NCBI GenBank assembly: GCA_012514745.1
Contig: JAAYZR010000002.1
Location: 40,962-104,961 of the forward strand
Direction: 5' to 3'
From: Candidatus Undivivens industriae
Lineage (GTDB): Bacteria; Omnitrophota; Gorgyraeia; Gygaellales; Profunditerraquicolaceae
Length of the DNA stretch: 64,000 nucleotides
Below the pieces are notes generated by a model. The model saw nothing but the letters and a program-made list of their open reading frames with translations. It ran no database searches and was not told the origin of the DNA. Below are positions 53,605-62,977 of the stretch, piece after piece. The position numbers were made by a program, and so were the translations under genes. The number at the start of each line of letters is the position of its first letter. Within the stretch, counting starts at the first letter, position 1.

Positions 53605-54057
53605 ATGAAGATATGCAGAGTGTTATTCACGGCAGTTGCGGCGGCGTTCTTTTTCGCCGGCGGAGCGTGCCTGGCCGAGGAATTAAGCCGGGACAGTAAA
53701 GCGGTGGAGAGTCAGGTCATCGCCGACAGCGGAATTAAAGAGGTGCAATGGCTTTGGGGAGAGGTCGTTCTGGTAGATGTCGCCAAGAAACAGGTCATCG
53801 TGAGATACCTTGATTATGAAACAGACAACGAGAAAGAGATAAGCCTGTCCGTAGACGGTAAAACCGCTTACGAGAATATAAAAGATATTTCCGAACTTAA
53901 GGCGCAGGATATAGTGAGCGTTGATTACGTCTCGGACGCGGGAGGAAATAACGCGGCAGTAAATATCAGCGTGGAGAAACTGGAAGACGCCCAGAATTCT
54001 CCGGAGGAAGAGCTTCAAGAGCCGCCGTCCGCTTCCGGCGCGCAGAGCGGCGATTAA
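53605..54057 (+). CDS. secreted hypothetical protein (150 aa) with acidic C-terminal tail
   Basis: Signal peptide MKICRVLFTAVAAAFFFAGGACLA; strong RBS; ORF-track start 53539 lies inside the promoter. Confidence 0.5.
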   Translation: MKICRVLFTAVAAAFFFAGGACLAEELSRDSKAVESQVIADSGIKEVQWLWGEVVLVDVAKKQVIVRYLDYETDNEKEISLSVDGKTAYENIKDISELKAQDIVSVDYVSDAGGNNAAVNISVEKLEDAQNSPEEELQEPPSASGAQSGD

Positions 54058-54145
54058 TCCCCTTGCCCAGAAATCCGCGGGCTTTAGCCCGAGGGGCGCC
54101 ATTTAGAGTTCAGGAACTGGAATAAAGAGATCCGTGTTACATTGG

Positions 54146-54175
54146 AAAAGGCAGGCTTTAAGCCTGCCTTTTTTC
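54146..54175 (+). terminator. rho-independent terminator (bidirectional A-run/T-run)
   Basis: AAAAG-GCAGGCTT-TA-AGCCTGCC-TTTTTT: 8-bp GC-rich stem at 54150-54168 then T6; it lies inside the ORF-track N-terminal extension of the next gene, so that extension is spurious. Confidence 0.8.
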
Positions 54176-54228
54176 CTGGGATTAACGCTGCGTCCGCTGT
54201 TCGATTGTTCCGGCTCGCTCAAAAGATA

Positions 54229-54882
54229 ATGAAAAAAATAAAACTTGTAATATTCGACCTGGACGGGACGCTGGTGGACGCTTATCCGGCCATAACGGAA
54301 AGTTTTAATCATGTTATGCTTTACCTAGGCCTGCCGCCGGTTCAGGCGGCGGTGGTCCGCGGGGCCGTTGGGCGGGGGGATGCCGGATTACTGCGCCCGT
54401 TCGTTCCAGAGAAATCCCTGAAGAAAGCGCTGGGCATATACCGAAAACACCACGCCCGGGCCTTGCGCAGAAAAGCGCGGCTGCTCCCCGGCGCGGCGGA
54501 GTTGATGGCATATCTGAAGAAAAAAGGCGTACCAATGGCTGTGGCCAGCAACCGCCCCACGCGTTTCTCCAGGATATTGATTGATAACCTCGCCATAGAT
54601 AGATATTTCGTTTACGTACTTTGCGCTGATAAATTGAAGAAAGGCAAACCGGATCCGCTGATCCTGCGTTTAATCTTGAGCAAACTCGGTATAAACCGCG
54701 CCGACGCTTTGTATGTAGGCGATATGGGAATCGATGCCTTGACCGGCCTGCGCGCCGGGGTGAGGACCGCGATCGTGCTGACCGGTTCCGGCAAGAAGGA
54801 AGAGATAAAGCCGTTCTCGCCCTGGAAGATAGTGCGTAGCCTCGGAGATCTCCGAAAAATCTTGACCCGTCGGGTGTTATAA
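54229..54882 (+). CDS. HAD-superfamily hydrolase (phosphoglycolate phosphatase-like)
   Basis: 217 aa from MKKIKLVIFDLDGTLVD (motif I DxDGT), motif II/III (ASNRP..., KGKPDP), motif IV VGDMGIDALTGLRAG. Confidence 0.8.
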   Translation: MKKIKLVIFDLDGTLVDAYPAITESFNHVMLYLGLPPVQAAVVRGAVGRGDAGLLRPFVPEKSLKKALGIYRKHHARALRRKARLLPGAAELMAYLKKKGVPMAVASNRPTRFSRILIDNLAIDRYFVYVLCADKLKKGKPDPLILRLILSKLGINRADALYVGDMGIDALTGLRAGVRTAIVLTGSGKKEEIKPFSPWKIVRSLGDLRKILTRRVL

Positions 54883-54949
54883 TATAGAATAACCCACTGT
54901 GGACCGCTTTCGAGACAAGGGCCCGCGTGAAACAATTGTTCCCGCAGAG

Positions 54950-55693
54950 GTGATTTTGAGAAGATTAATTGTTCAGGTCTTTCTTTTTTCAAGCCTGGCC
55001 CTGCTGTTCGGCGGCTGCCAGAGACTAGGGATCGTCATAAAGGGCGGCAGATCCGAAAGTAAAGCGGGAGCGATTCCTTTGCCGGCTTATTCCGGGCCGA
55101 AGGCGCGGATTGCCGTTGCCGCATTTGAGGTAAAGTCGGAGAAAAGCGACGCGGAGACCGGCGCCGCTTTACGGGATATGCTGTTGAGCGGGATTGTCAA
55201 CAGCGGGCGTTTCGCGGTGCTTGACCTGCCCGCCGTCCAGGAGATCCCGCCGGGCGGCGTCAACGGCGCTCTCCCCGCGGGACAGAAAGAAAAGCAGCTC
55301 CCCTCCGCGGATCTGATAATAACCGTCAGCGTCAATGAGTTCGAACCGCAGGCATCCGGCGGAAGAGAAGGGCTGGGCGGCGGCGGCGGCGTGTCCAGCG
55401 GTGTTTTGGGAGGGCTGCTCGGGGCTTCGGTAAATAAGGCGCATGTCGCCCTGGAAATAAGGATAGTGAACGTCGCCAATTCCGAGGTGGTCGCGTCCAA
55501 TAAAGTGCAGGGACAGGCTTCCGATGTATCCATCAAATCTTCCGCGGGGACTCCGGAAGGATGGATACTGGGGGGGGTGCTTTCGCGTTATTCGGACGCC
55601 CCTATGGAAAATGCCATAAGGAGCTGCATGGTAGAGGCCGTAAGATATATCGTACAGGCGGTACCCGCCAATTATTACAAATATCAGGAATGA
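54950..55693 (+). CDS. CsgG-family lipoprotein (curli-type secretion channel family) homolog
   Basis: Lipoprotein signal (LIVQVFLFSSLALLFGGC); blocks IAVAAFEVKSE...ALRDMLLSGIVNSGRFAVLD and ITVSVNEFEP...GGGGG...HVALEIRIVNVANSEVVAS parallel E. coli CsgG; GTG/TTG start. Confidence 0.55.
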   Translation: MILRRLIVQVFLFSSLALLFGGCQRLGIVIKGGRSESKAGAIPLPAYSGPKARIAVAAFEVKSEKSDAETGAALRDMLLSGIVNSGRFAVLDLPAVQEIPPGGVNGALPAGQKEKQLPSADLIITVSVNEFEPQASGGREGLGGGGGVSSGVLGGLLGASVNKAHVALEIRIVNVANSEVVASNKVQGQASDVSIKSSAGTPEGWILGGVLSRYSDAPMENAIRSCMVEAVRYIVQAVPANYYKYQE

Positions 55694-55759
55694 AGATACG
55701 CCCGTACCTCACGGCCCGCTTTTGCCGGCCGTGATGGGACGATTGAAAGGAAGGTAAAA

Positions 55760-55840
55760 ATGGGAAAAAGAAAACGCAGAGGTAAATTGAACTGGCGTTC
55801 CAAGAAGGCGAATAAAGGGAGAAAACCCTGCCAGGGATAG
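55760..55840 (+). CDS. 26-aa highly basic micro-ORF ([26 protein letters not shown]) immediately upstream of trpB2
   Basis: Strong RBS GAAAGGAAGG 6 nt before ATG 55760; 12 of 26 residues Lys/Arg; stop TAG 55838-55840 sits 8 nt before the trpB2 start. Confidence 0.3.
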   Translation: MGKRKRRGKLNWRSKKANKGRKPCQG

Positions 55841-55847
55841 GTGTATT

Positions 55848-57206
55848 ATGGATGAAAGCAAAGTCGTCCTGTCGGAGAAGCATATACCGACAGTCTGGTA
55901 TAATCTGCTTGCCGACCTGCCTTTTCCCGCTCCTCCGGCACTGAACCCCGCCACCGGCCGGCCGTTATCGGCGAAGGACTTGCATACAATATTTCCTCTT
56001 TCATTGATCCGGCAGGAGATGGGCCGGCAGAAAGAGGTCGTTATCCCGGCCGCGGTAAGGGATATTTACAGGCTTTGGAGGCCCACTCCTTTGAAGAGGG
56101 CTTTACGGCTGGAGAGGTATCTTGGGACAAAAGCGCGCATTTACTATAAAGACGAAAGCGTCTCGCCCACCGGCAGCCACAAGATCAATACTGCCATAGC
56201 GCAGGCATATTTCAACAAAAAAGAAGGTATACGCCGCCTGACTACCGAGACCGGGGCCGGCCAGTGGGGAGCGGCGTTGAGTTTCGCTTGCAACGTCTTC
56301 TCCTTGAAGTGCATGATTTATATGGTAAAGGTGAGTTACAACCAGAAACCTTTCCGGCGCTCATTGATGAAAATCTGGGGCGCGGATGTCGTCGCTTCCC
56401 CTTCAAAGACCACTGTTTGCGGGCGAGCCATACTCAAGGAAGATCCCGCATGCCGCGGGAGTCTCGGGACGGCTATTTCTGAAGCGGTGGAGGATGCCGC
56501 CGGCAGAAAGGATACCAATTACGCCCTCGGCAGCGTGTTGAACCACGTTCTTCTACACCAGACCGTCATCGGGCAGGAGGCCAAGGCGCAGCTTAAACTT
56601 ATCGGAGAGACGCCGGATTTTGTGATCGGATGCGTGGGCGGCGGCAGCAATTTCGGCGGATTGGCTTTTCCCTTCGTGGCGGACAAATTGCGCAGACGTC
56701 CGGAGATGCGCATAATCGCGGTCGAACCCTCCGCCTGCCCCACCCTTACCAGGGGGCTGTATGAATACGATTTTGGAGATACCGCTTCGCTCACGCCGCT
56801 GTTAAAGATGTTCACTCTCGGCCATAAATTTATGCCGCCTTCCATACACGCCGGAGGTTTAAGATATCACGGATGTTCTCCTCTAGTAAGCCTGCTTTGC
56901 AGAAAGAAGATAGCCGAGGCCCGGTCTTATCCGCAGTTGGAGGTTTTTAAGGCCGCACTGGCTTTTGCCCGGACTGAAGGTATCGTTCCGGCCCCGGAGA
57001 CCGCGCACGCCGTAAAGGCCGCCATCGACGCAGCAAAAACGGCGCCCAAAGGCGCGTGCGTCCTTTTCAACTTCAGCGGGCACGGTTTCCTCGACCTCGC
57101 GTCTTATGACAAGTTTCTTGGCGGAGAGTTGACAAATTTTTCTCATCCCGCCGCCGGAATCAGGCGTTCTTTGAAAAACCTGCCTGCAGTCCGCCTCACG
57201 GAATAA
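55848..57206 (+). CDS. trpB: tryptophan synthase beta chain, TrpB2 type (PLP-dependent)
   Basis: 452 aa; long N-terminal extension ([22 protein letters not shown]) characteristic of TrpB2; PLP-lysine region [16 protein letters not shown]; GGGSN glycine loop ([11 protein letters not shown]). Confidence 0.85.
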   Translation: MDESKVVLSEKHIPTVWYNLLADLPFPAPPALNPATGRPLSAKDLHTIFPLSLIRQEMGRQKEVVIPAAVRDIYRLWRPTPLKRALRLERYLGTKARIYYKDESVSPTGSHKINTAIAQAYFNKKEGIRRLTTETGAGQWGAALSFACNVFSLKCMIYMVKVSYNQKPFRRSLMKIWGADVVASPSKTTVCGRAILKEDPACRGSLGTAISEAVEDAAGRKDTNYALGSVLNHVLLHQTVIGQEAKAQLKLIGETPDFVIGCVGGGSNFGGLAFPFVADKLRRRPEMRIIAVEPSACPTLTRGLYEYDFGDTASLTPLLKMFTLGHKFMPPSIHAGGLRYHGCSPLVSLLCRKKIAEARSYPQLEVFKAALAFARTEGIVPAPETAHAVKAAIDAAKTAPKGACVLFNFSGHGFLDLASYDKFLGGELTNFSHPAAGIRRSLKNLPAVRLTE

Positions 57207-57283
57207 CCGTTTCGGCGGGCCCGTTACCGAACTTATTTCAGAAAATGGGTATTATTTGTGCGTGTTCCGCCAAGAGAGCCGTA

Positions 57284-58312
57284 AAAATGTCCCGCAAAAA
57301 ACCGATAAAAGCCGTAGCGCTTATTTCAGGCGGCCTGGACAGCATACTCGCCGCCAGACTGATGATCGATCAGGGGATAACAATCCTGCCCCTGAAGGTC
57401 CTGTTGCCTTATCTGCCGCGCGAGCGCGATAGAACGGGAGCGAGAAGCAGGCTGATTTCCCGTCTGGAAGAATGGGCGGGAACGCCCCTTGCCGGGATCG
57501 ACGCTTCCGAGGAGGCCGTTGCTCTCCTGAAGTCTCCCGAATACGGCTTCGGTTCCAATATGAATCCGTGCCTGGATTGCCGGATACTGATGCTGAAGAA
57601 AGGCGCGGAGTTCATGCGGCAGGCGGGAGCCGATTTTGTAGTTACCGGGGAAGTCGTGGGGCAGCGCGGCATGTCCCAGCGCAGACAAGCTTTGGAGATC
57701 GCGGACCGCGAAAGCGGTATCCCCGGTTTGATCCTGAGGCCTCTTTCCGGCCGGATACTACCGGAGACCATACCTGAAAGACAAGGATGGGTGGAGCGCG
57801 CAAAATTGTTCAGTTTAAGCGGGCGGCCCAGGCAGGCGCAATTGCGCCTGGCGGAGTCTGCGGGTATAGAAGAACCGGTGAACGCCGCCGGAGGATGCTT
57901 GCTTACTGATCCGATCTTTTCCGGGCGGCTGCGCGATCTTTGCCGCCACGAAGGACTGGATAGGAGGGAGCTTGAATTGCTCAAGTTCGGCAGGCATTTC
58001 AGGCTTTCCGAAAAAACAAAGCTCATAGTGGGAAGAAATAAGGAAGAGAACGGGTTACTGGAATCTTTTGCCGGGCCGGGCGATGCCCTTTTTTATACCA
58101 TAGATGTGGCTGGTCCGGTCGCCCTGGGCAGGGGAGAGTTTCATTCCGGCCTTATAGCATTGTCGGGTTCGTTTCTGGCTTATTACTGCCGTCCGGCTCC
58201 AGGCAGCGGAGTAAAGATATCCCGCAGGGTGCTGCCGGAAGGCGCGGAGACGATTTCGTATTGTTTGCCGGCTGACGAAAAGGCCCTGGAGGCATTCCGC
58301 ATAGGTAAATAA
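57284..58312 (+). CDS. PP-loop ATP pyrophosphatase-family protein (adenine nucleotide alpha-hydrolase; tRNA thiolation/ThiI-TtuA-QueC-like candidate)
   Basis: SGGLDS PP-loop (KAVALISGGLDSILAARLM) and downstream NPCLDC Cys pair; about 340 aa; start taken at MSRKKPIK. Confidence 0.55.
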   Translation, partial: KMSRKKPIKAVALISGGLDSILAARLMIDQGITILPLKVLLPYLPRERDRTGARSRLISRLEEWAGTPLAGIDASEEAVALLKSPEYGFGSNMNPCLDCRILMLKKGAEFMRQAGADFVVTGEVVGQRGMSQRRQALEIADRESGIPGLILRPLSGRILPETIPERQGWVERAKLFSLSGRPRQAQLRLAESAGIEEPVNAAGGCLLTDPIFSGRLRDLCRHEGLDRRELELLKFGRHFRLSEKTKLIVGRNKEENGLLESFAGPGDALFYTIDVAGPVALGRGEFHSGLIALSGSFLAYYCRPAPGSGVKISRRVLPEGAETISYCLPADEKALEAFRIGK

Positions 58313-58355
58313 ATTCTGCGTTTCGCCGACGGGATAAAAACTTCAAGGAGGAAAG

Positions 58356-59063
58356 ATGAACGGGTTGAGAAAATCAGTTGTTTTGTTGATCGTGTCGGCG
58401 GCGGTCCTTATCGCCGGCATACTTTTGCGTCCGGCTAATCCGCGCCGGGTAGTGATAAGCAGGTTCGATTCAAAGGACGCGGTCAAAAGAGTGGAATACG
58501 GCAGCCGCGATTTTAATCTCGCGGTGGAAAGTTCTGCCAGGAGCGCATCTTGGTTCGGCAGGTCTCTTAAATTGAGCCTGAAACTCATTCCGGGAAGTTA
58601 TAATTTTCTGGCTTGCGGGAAGGGACTTGTCGAAAAAAGGTGCGAGTGGGAGAATCGGCCGGCAGGATTGGATTGGAATGAAATATCCGGGATTTCCTAC
58701 AAAATATTTGTCGAGCCCGTCAAAGGTACGGAGCAGAAACCGGCGATGGTCAGGATCGCCACCGATATCATAGACGGGGATGGAGAGATATTGCGTGCCT
58801 CCAGGATCGTGCATACCGGGGAGTGGCTTGAGGAGCGGGTGTATTTCAATGAATTGACCACGCGCTACGACTATCAGCGCGACTGGAAAAGCGTGAAATG
58901 GACGGGTACCGGCGACGACAAAACCTCTCTGAGCAGGGTCGATAACGGGGTGAAGTCTTATCAGTTCGAGGTCCTCGGTATCGTCACGGAGCGGCCGGTA
59001 GACCTGAAAACGGAGCAGATAGAGGTAGTGTTGTATATAGACGAGGTGGCATTGATACGCTGA
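58356..59063 (+). CDS. hypothetical membrane-anchored/secreted protein
   Basis: 235 aa; N-terminal anchor MNGLRKSVVLLIVSAAVLIAGILL; GGAGG RBS; no family recognised. Confidence 0.45.
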   Translation: MNGLRKSVVLLIVSAAVLIAGILLRPANPRRVVISRFDSKDAVKRVEYGSRDFNLAVESSARSASWFGRSLKLSLKLIPGSYNFLACGKGLVEKRCEWENRPAGLDWNEISGISYKIFVEPVKGTEQKPAMVRIATDIIDGDGEILRASRIVHTGEWLEERVYFNELTTRYDYQRDWKSVKWTGTGDDKTSLSRVDNGVKSYQFEVLGIVTERPVDLKTEQIEVVLYIDEVALIR

Positions 59064-59078
59064 GGTCCGCAGCCGGCC

Positions 59079-60101
59079 ATGGACAAAGAAGCCATATTGT
59101 ACGATAAGCAGTCCGGCGGCGCGGTGCGCTGTCTGCTTTGCCGCCATTCCTGCCGTATACTGCCCGGCGGCAGCGGTATCTGCGGGGTCCGTTTCAACAA
59201 GGACGGCATATTGATGACGCACGCCTACGGCAATCCCGTTTGCGGGAACGCCGACCCGGTGGAGAAAAAGCCGCTGTATCATTTTCTTCCCGGTTCCTTG
59301 AGCATGTCTATCGCCTTCCCCGGGTGCAATTTCAGGTGCGGGTTCTGTCAGAACTGGCAGATATCGCAGGACGTTTCTTTTTATGACGGAGCGCCGCCGG
59401 CGGAAGAATTCCCGCCGGAGAAAATAGTGGAATCGGCGGCGGAGAACGGGTGCGCCAGCGTTTCATATACTTACACCGAACCGACGGTATTTATGGAATA
59501 CGCTCTTGATACCTGCAAAGCGGCGCGGGGGAAAGGGCTGAAAAACGTTTTCGTTACCAACGGTTATATGAGCCGCCGGGCTTTGGAGGCCGTCGCCCCC
59601 TGGCTGGACGCGGCCAACGTGGATATAAAGTTTTTCAGGGAGGACTCATACCGCCAACACTGCGGGGCGGCGCTGGGACCGGTCCTGGAATCGGTGCGCC
59701 TGATGAAAAAGCTCGGCATCTGGGTGGAACTTACCACGCTGTTGATACCGGGTTTGAACGATTCCAGGGAGGAGCTTGAAGGGCTGGCGGGGTTTATCGC
59801 TTCTCTCGACCGCAATATACCCTGGCATATCTCGCGGTTCCATCCGGATTATAAATTCAGCGCATTTCAATCCACCCCGGAGCCGCTTGTGAGAGAGGCG
59901 GTGGAGACCGGGAAGCGGGCCGGGCTTCCTTATGTTTACGCCGGCAACGTCTCGGGCTGGGGCGCAGATACGCATTGTCATAATTGCCGGGAGCTTTTGA
60001 TAAAAAGGGAAGTATTCCATATCCGGAATTGCGGGATGCATAACGGGAAATGCCGTTTTTGCGGGGAGAAGATCCCGGGGGTATTCGCCGGGGGATGGTA
60101 G
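59079..60101 (+). CDS. AmmeMemoRadiSam-system-type radical SAM enzyme (PFL-activase-like with N-terminal Cys-rich ribbon)
   Basis: 340 aa; N-terminal VRCLLCRHSCRILPGGSGICGVRFNKDGIL plus cluster motif FPGCNFRCGFCQNWQIS, the pattern of TIGR04337-type enzymes. Confidence 0.7.
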   Translation: MDKEAILYDKQSGGAVRCLLCRHSCRILPGGSGICGVRFNKDGILMTHAYGNPVCGNADPVEKKPLYHFLPGSLSMSIAFPGCNFRCGFCQNWQISQDVSFYDGAPPAEEFPPEKIVESAAENGCASVSYTYTEPTVFMEYALDTCKAARGKGLKNVFVTNGYMSRRALEAVAPWLDAANVDIKFFREDSYRQHCGAALGPVLESVRLMKKLGIWVELTTLLIPGLNDSREELEGLAGFIASLDRNIPWHISRFHPDYKFSAFQSTPEPLVREAVETGKRAGLPYVYAGNVSGWGADTHCHNCRELLIKREVFHIRNCGMHNGKCRFCGEKIPGVFAGGW

Positions 60102-60132
60102 TGAACTGCATATACAACAGAAAGGCTGTGGA

Positions 60133-62838
60133 GTGATCACTGAACGTGACGCTATGGTTAAATGGTGGCAGAAAGACGCCGTCGATACGGCCAGGGAACT
60201 CGGCACGGATCTTAATAAAGGGCTTTCCCTGCAGGCAGCCGGCGACCGTTTGCGCGAATACGGGCCCAACGAATTGAAGGAAGCCGAGCACGATTCGGCG
60301 TTTGAGATTTTCATCGCCCAGTTCAAGAGTTTCATCATCTGGGTGCTGATCGCGGCCGCGGTCATATCCGGTTTTTTGAACGAGTGGGGCGACGCGCTGG
60401 CAATACTGGCGGTGGTGATACTGAACGCTTTTCTCGGATTCCTGCAGGAATACCGCGCGGAGAAGTCTCTGGCGGCGTTGAAGAAAATGTCCAGCCCGGT
60501 ATCCCGCATAATACGCAGCGGCGTGCGCGGAATGATCCCTTCCCGCGATCTGGTCCCGGGAGACCTGATCGAAATAGAGGCGGGGGATAATCTTCAGGCG
60601 GACTGCCGTGTTTGCTGGATTACGCGTAATTTCGCGGTTCAGGAAGCCAGTCTCACCGGGGAGTCGCTACCGGTAAACAAGACCGAACTTCCTTTGAATA
60701 TAGCCGATGCCGGCTTGGCCGACAGGGCAAATATGGTCTACATGGGGACATCCGTGGTGGCGGGCAAAGCCAGAGCGCTGGTGGTCAACACCGGGATGAG
60801 CACCGAGCTCGGCAGGATAGCCGGCATGATACAGCAGCAGGCCGCGGAACAGACGCCTTTGCAGCGTAAGCTGGAAGAGTTCGGCAGGTGGATAGTATAT
60901 ATTTGTTTCGCGCTGGTGGGTATCGTTTTTATCCTGGAAATGCTGCGCGGCGGAAGGATGCTGGATGTCTTTCTTACCGCGGTCAGCCTCGCAGTGGCGG
61001 CCATTCCGGAAGGACTGCCGGCGGTGGTCACAGTGGCTTTGGCCCTCGGTGTGCAGCGTATGGTCAAACGCAATGCTTTGATCAGGAAGCTTCCTTCGGT
61101 GGAGACGCTGGGCTGCGCCACGGTTATCTGCACAGATAAAACCGGGACCTTGACCAGAAATGAAATGACCGTACAGCGCGTGGCTTTTCCGGGCCGCGTA
61201 TTCTCGGTGGAGGGCAGCGGGTATTCCTCCGTGGGGGATTTTCTACTGGACGGCAGGAAGATAAATCCTCTCGATTTTCCGGAGTTGAAAAAGGCGCTGC
61301 TCTGCGGCGTCCTTTGCAACGGCGCCGAGCTGGTTTTCTCTTCCGGCAGGACCAGCGTTGTCGGAGATCCTACCGAGGGCGCGATATTGGTCGCGGCGGC
61401 GAAAATGGGGATCGATAAATCGGCGCTGGAAAAAGAATTCCCTTTCGTGGAAGAAATCCCTTTCGACCCGAAACGCAAGAAAATGAGTCTGGTGCGCAGG
61501 CAGGGGGACGGATTTGCCGTCTTCGCCAAGGGGGCCCCGGATGTGCTTATCGGGGATTGCTCGGAGATCGAAGAGAACGGGGTCAGGCGCAGACTTTCTC
61601 CGGAAGAGAAGAAACGGATACTGGAGCTGAACGACAGCCTGGCTGACGGCGCGATGCGCGTCCTGGCCGTCGCCTACCGCCCTTTAGACGTCCGGCCGGA
61701 GGATTATAACCCGGATTTTATAGAGCGTTATCTTGTTTTTTGCGGGCTGATTGCCATGATGGACCCTCCCCGCCCGGAAGCGGCTGAGGCGGTGTCCAGA
61801 TGCAGAAGGGCCGGCATACGCACCGTTATGATCACCGGTGATCATAAGAATACCGCCGTGGCGGTGGCGCGCAGTCTCGGATTTTTCGATTCCGGTTCCG
61901 GCGCTTTGAGCGGAGAGGAACTGGACCTTCTTCCCGAAAAGGAGTTCGCCGCCCGCGTGGAGAATATCGCGGTATATGCCAGGGTCTCTCCAGAGCATAA
62001 ACTACGGATTGTGCGGGCCTGGCGCGGCCGCGGCGAGATCGTCGCCATGACCGGAGACGGAGTCAACGACGCCCCCGCGGTAAAGGAAGCCGACATCGGG
62101 GTGGCCATGGGGATTACCGGCACGGATGTTACCAAAGAGGTCTCAGACATGGTCGTTACCGACGACAATTTTTCTTCTATAGTCGCCGCGGTAGAGGAAG
62201 GGCGCGGCATATACGGTAACATCCGCAAGTTCATACATTATCTGCTTTCCTGCAATACGGGGGAGATTATGGTCATGTTCGCGGCTTCCCTCTTCGGTCT
62301 GCCGGTGCCGCTTTTGCCGATACACATACTCTGGGTTAACCTGGTAACGGACAGCCTGCCTGCCCTGGCGCTGGGGGTGGAGCCCGTAGAGCGGGACGTT
62401 ATGTCCAGGCCTCCGCGCGATCCGCAGGAAAAGATAATCGACGGCGGTCGTCTTAAGCTGATGCTTTTTCAGGGGGGGCTTATAGCTTTTTGCAGCCTCG
62501 CCGCTTTTGTCTTCGAGCTGTTCGTCCGTAAACAGGGTTTAATGGCGGCCCGGACCGCGGCCTTTATCGTGCTTTCCTGCAGCCAGCTCTTTCATGCCTT
62601 CAACTGCCGCAGCATGGAGCGCCCGGTATTCTCGCTCGGCATATTCTCCAACGCCAAGCTGGCGGCGGCGGTGCTGGTTTCTTTCCTGCTTTTGCTGGCG
62701 GCGGTATACATGCCGTTCTTCTCCGACATCTTCAGCGTTTCTTCGCCGGATCTTTCGGACTGGGCCATTATGGTGGTCCTTTCCTCCTTACCGTTATGGT
62801 GCGTGGAATTGATGAAGAAGGTGCGCGGCCGGCAATAG
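60133..62838 (+). CDS. P-type cation-transporting ATPase (P2-type, Ca2+-ATPase-like)
   Basis: 901 aa; phosphorylation motif ICTDKTGTLT, TGES (SLTGES), MITGD, hinge MTGDGVNDAPA, 10-TM layout. Confidence 0.9.
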   Translation: MITERDAMVKWWQKDAVDTARELGTDLNKGLSLQAAGDRLREYGPNELKEAEHDSAFEIFIAQFKSFIIWVLIAAAVISGFLNEWGDALAILAVVILNAFLGFLQEYRAEKSLAALKKMSSPVSRIIRSGVRGMIPSRDLVPGDLIEIEAGDNLQADCRVCWITRNFAVQEASLTGESLPVNKTELPLNIADAGLADRANMVYMGTSVVAGKARALVVNTGMSTELGRIAGMIQQQAAEQTPLQRKLEEFGRWIVYICFALVGIVFILEMLRGGRMLDVFLTAVSLAVAAIPEGLPAVVTVALALGVQRMVKRNALIRKLPSVETLGCATVICTDKTGTLTRNEMTVQRVAFPGRVFSVEGSGYSSVGDFLLDGRKINPLDFPELKKALLCGVLCNGAELVFSSGRTSVVGDPTEGAILVAAAKMGIDKSALEKEFPFVEEIPFDPKRKKMSLVRRQGDGFAVFAKGAPDVLIGDCSEIEENGVRRRLSPEEKKRILELNDSLADGAMRVLAVAYRPLDVRPEDYNPDFIERYLVFCGLIAMMDPPRPEAAEAVSRCRRAGIRTVMITGDHKNTAVAVARSLGFFDSGSGALSGEELDLLPEKEFAARVENIAVYARVSPEHKLRIVRAWRGRGEIVAMTGDGVNDAPAVKEADIGVAMGITGTDVTKEVSDMVVTDDNFSSIVAAVEEGRGIYGNIRKFIHYLLSCNTGEIMVMFAASLFGLPVPLLPIHILWVNLVTDSLPALALGVEPVERDVMSRPPRDPQEKIIDGGRLKLMLFQGGLIAFCSLAAFVFELFVRKQGLMAARTAAFIVLSCSQLFHAFNCRSMERPVFSLGIFSNAKLAAAVLVSFLLLLAAVYMPFFSDIFSVSSPDLSDWAIMVVLSSLPLWCVELMKKVRGRQ

Positions 62839-62977
62839 CCGGAGCGCGCGCCCCTTCGGCCGTCACCCAGGAACGCAGTCTCTCCCGCAAGGTTCCTCTT
62901 AAGAAAATAGTTTACTAAGGAGTTCCTTTACTGGTAAAATAGATCGAGCCGGCGAGCCGGTCATACAAAGGAAGATC

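Noticed and set aside
54142-54228. ORF-track N-terminal extension of the HAD hydrolase (MEKAGFKPAFFPG...)
   Set aside because: The extension is the translated terminator hairpin GGCAGGCTTTAAGCCTGCCTTTTTT. The real start is MKKIKLVIFDLDG at 54229.
55694-55760. Trp attenuator upstream of trpB2
   Set aside because: The micro-ORF has only one Trp codon and no tandem Trp. The hairpin is not followed by a U-run. A classical trp leader is therefore not supported; the region is kept only as a micro-ORF observation.
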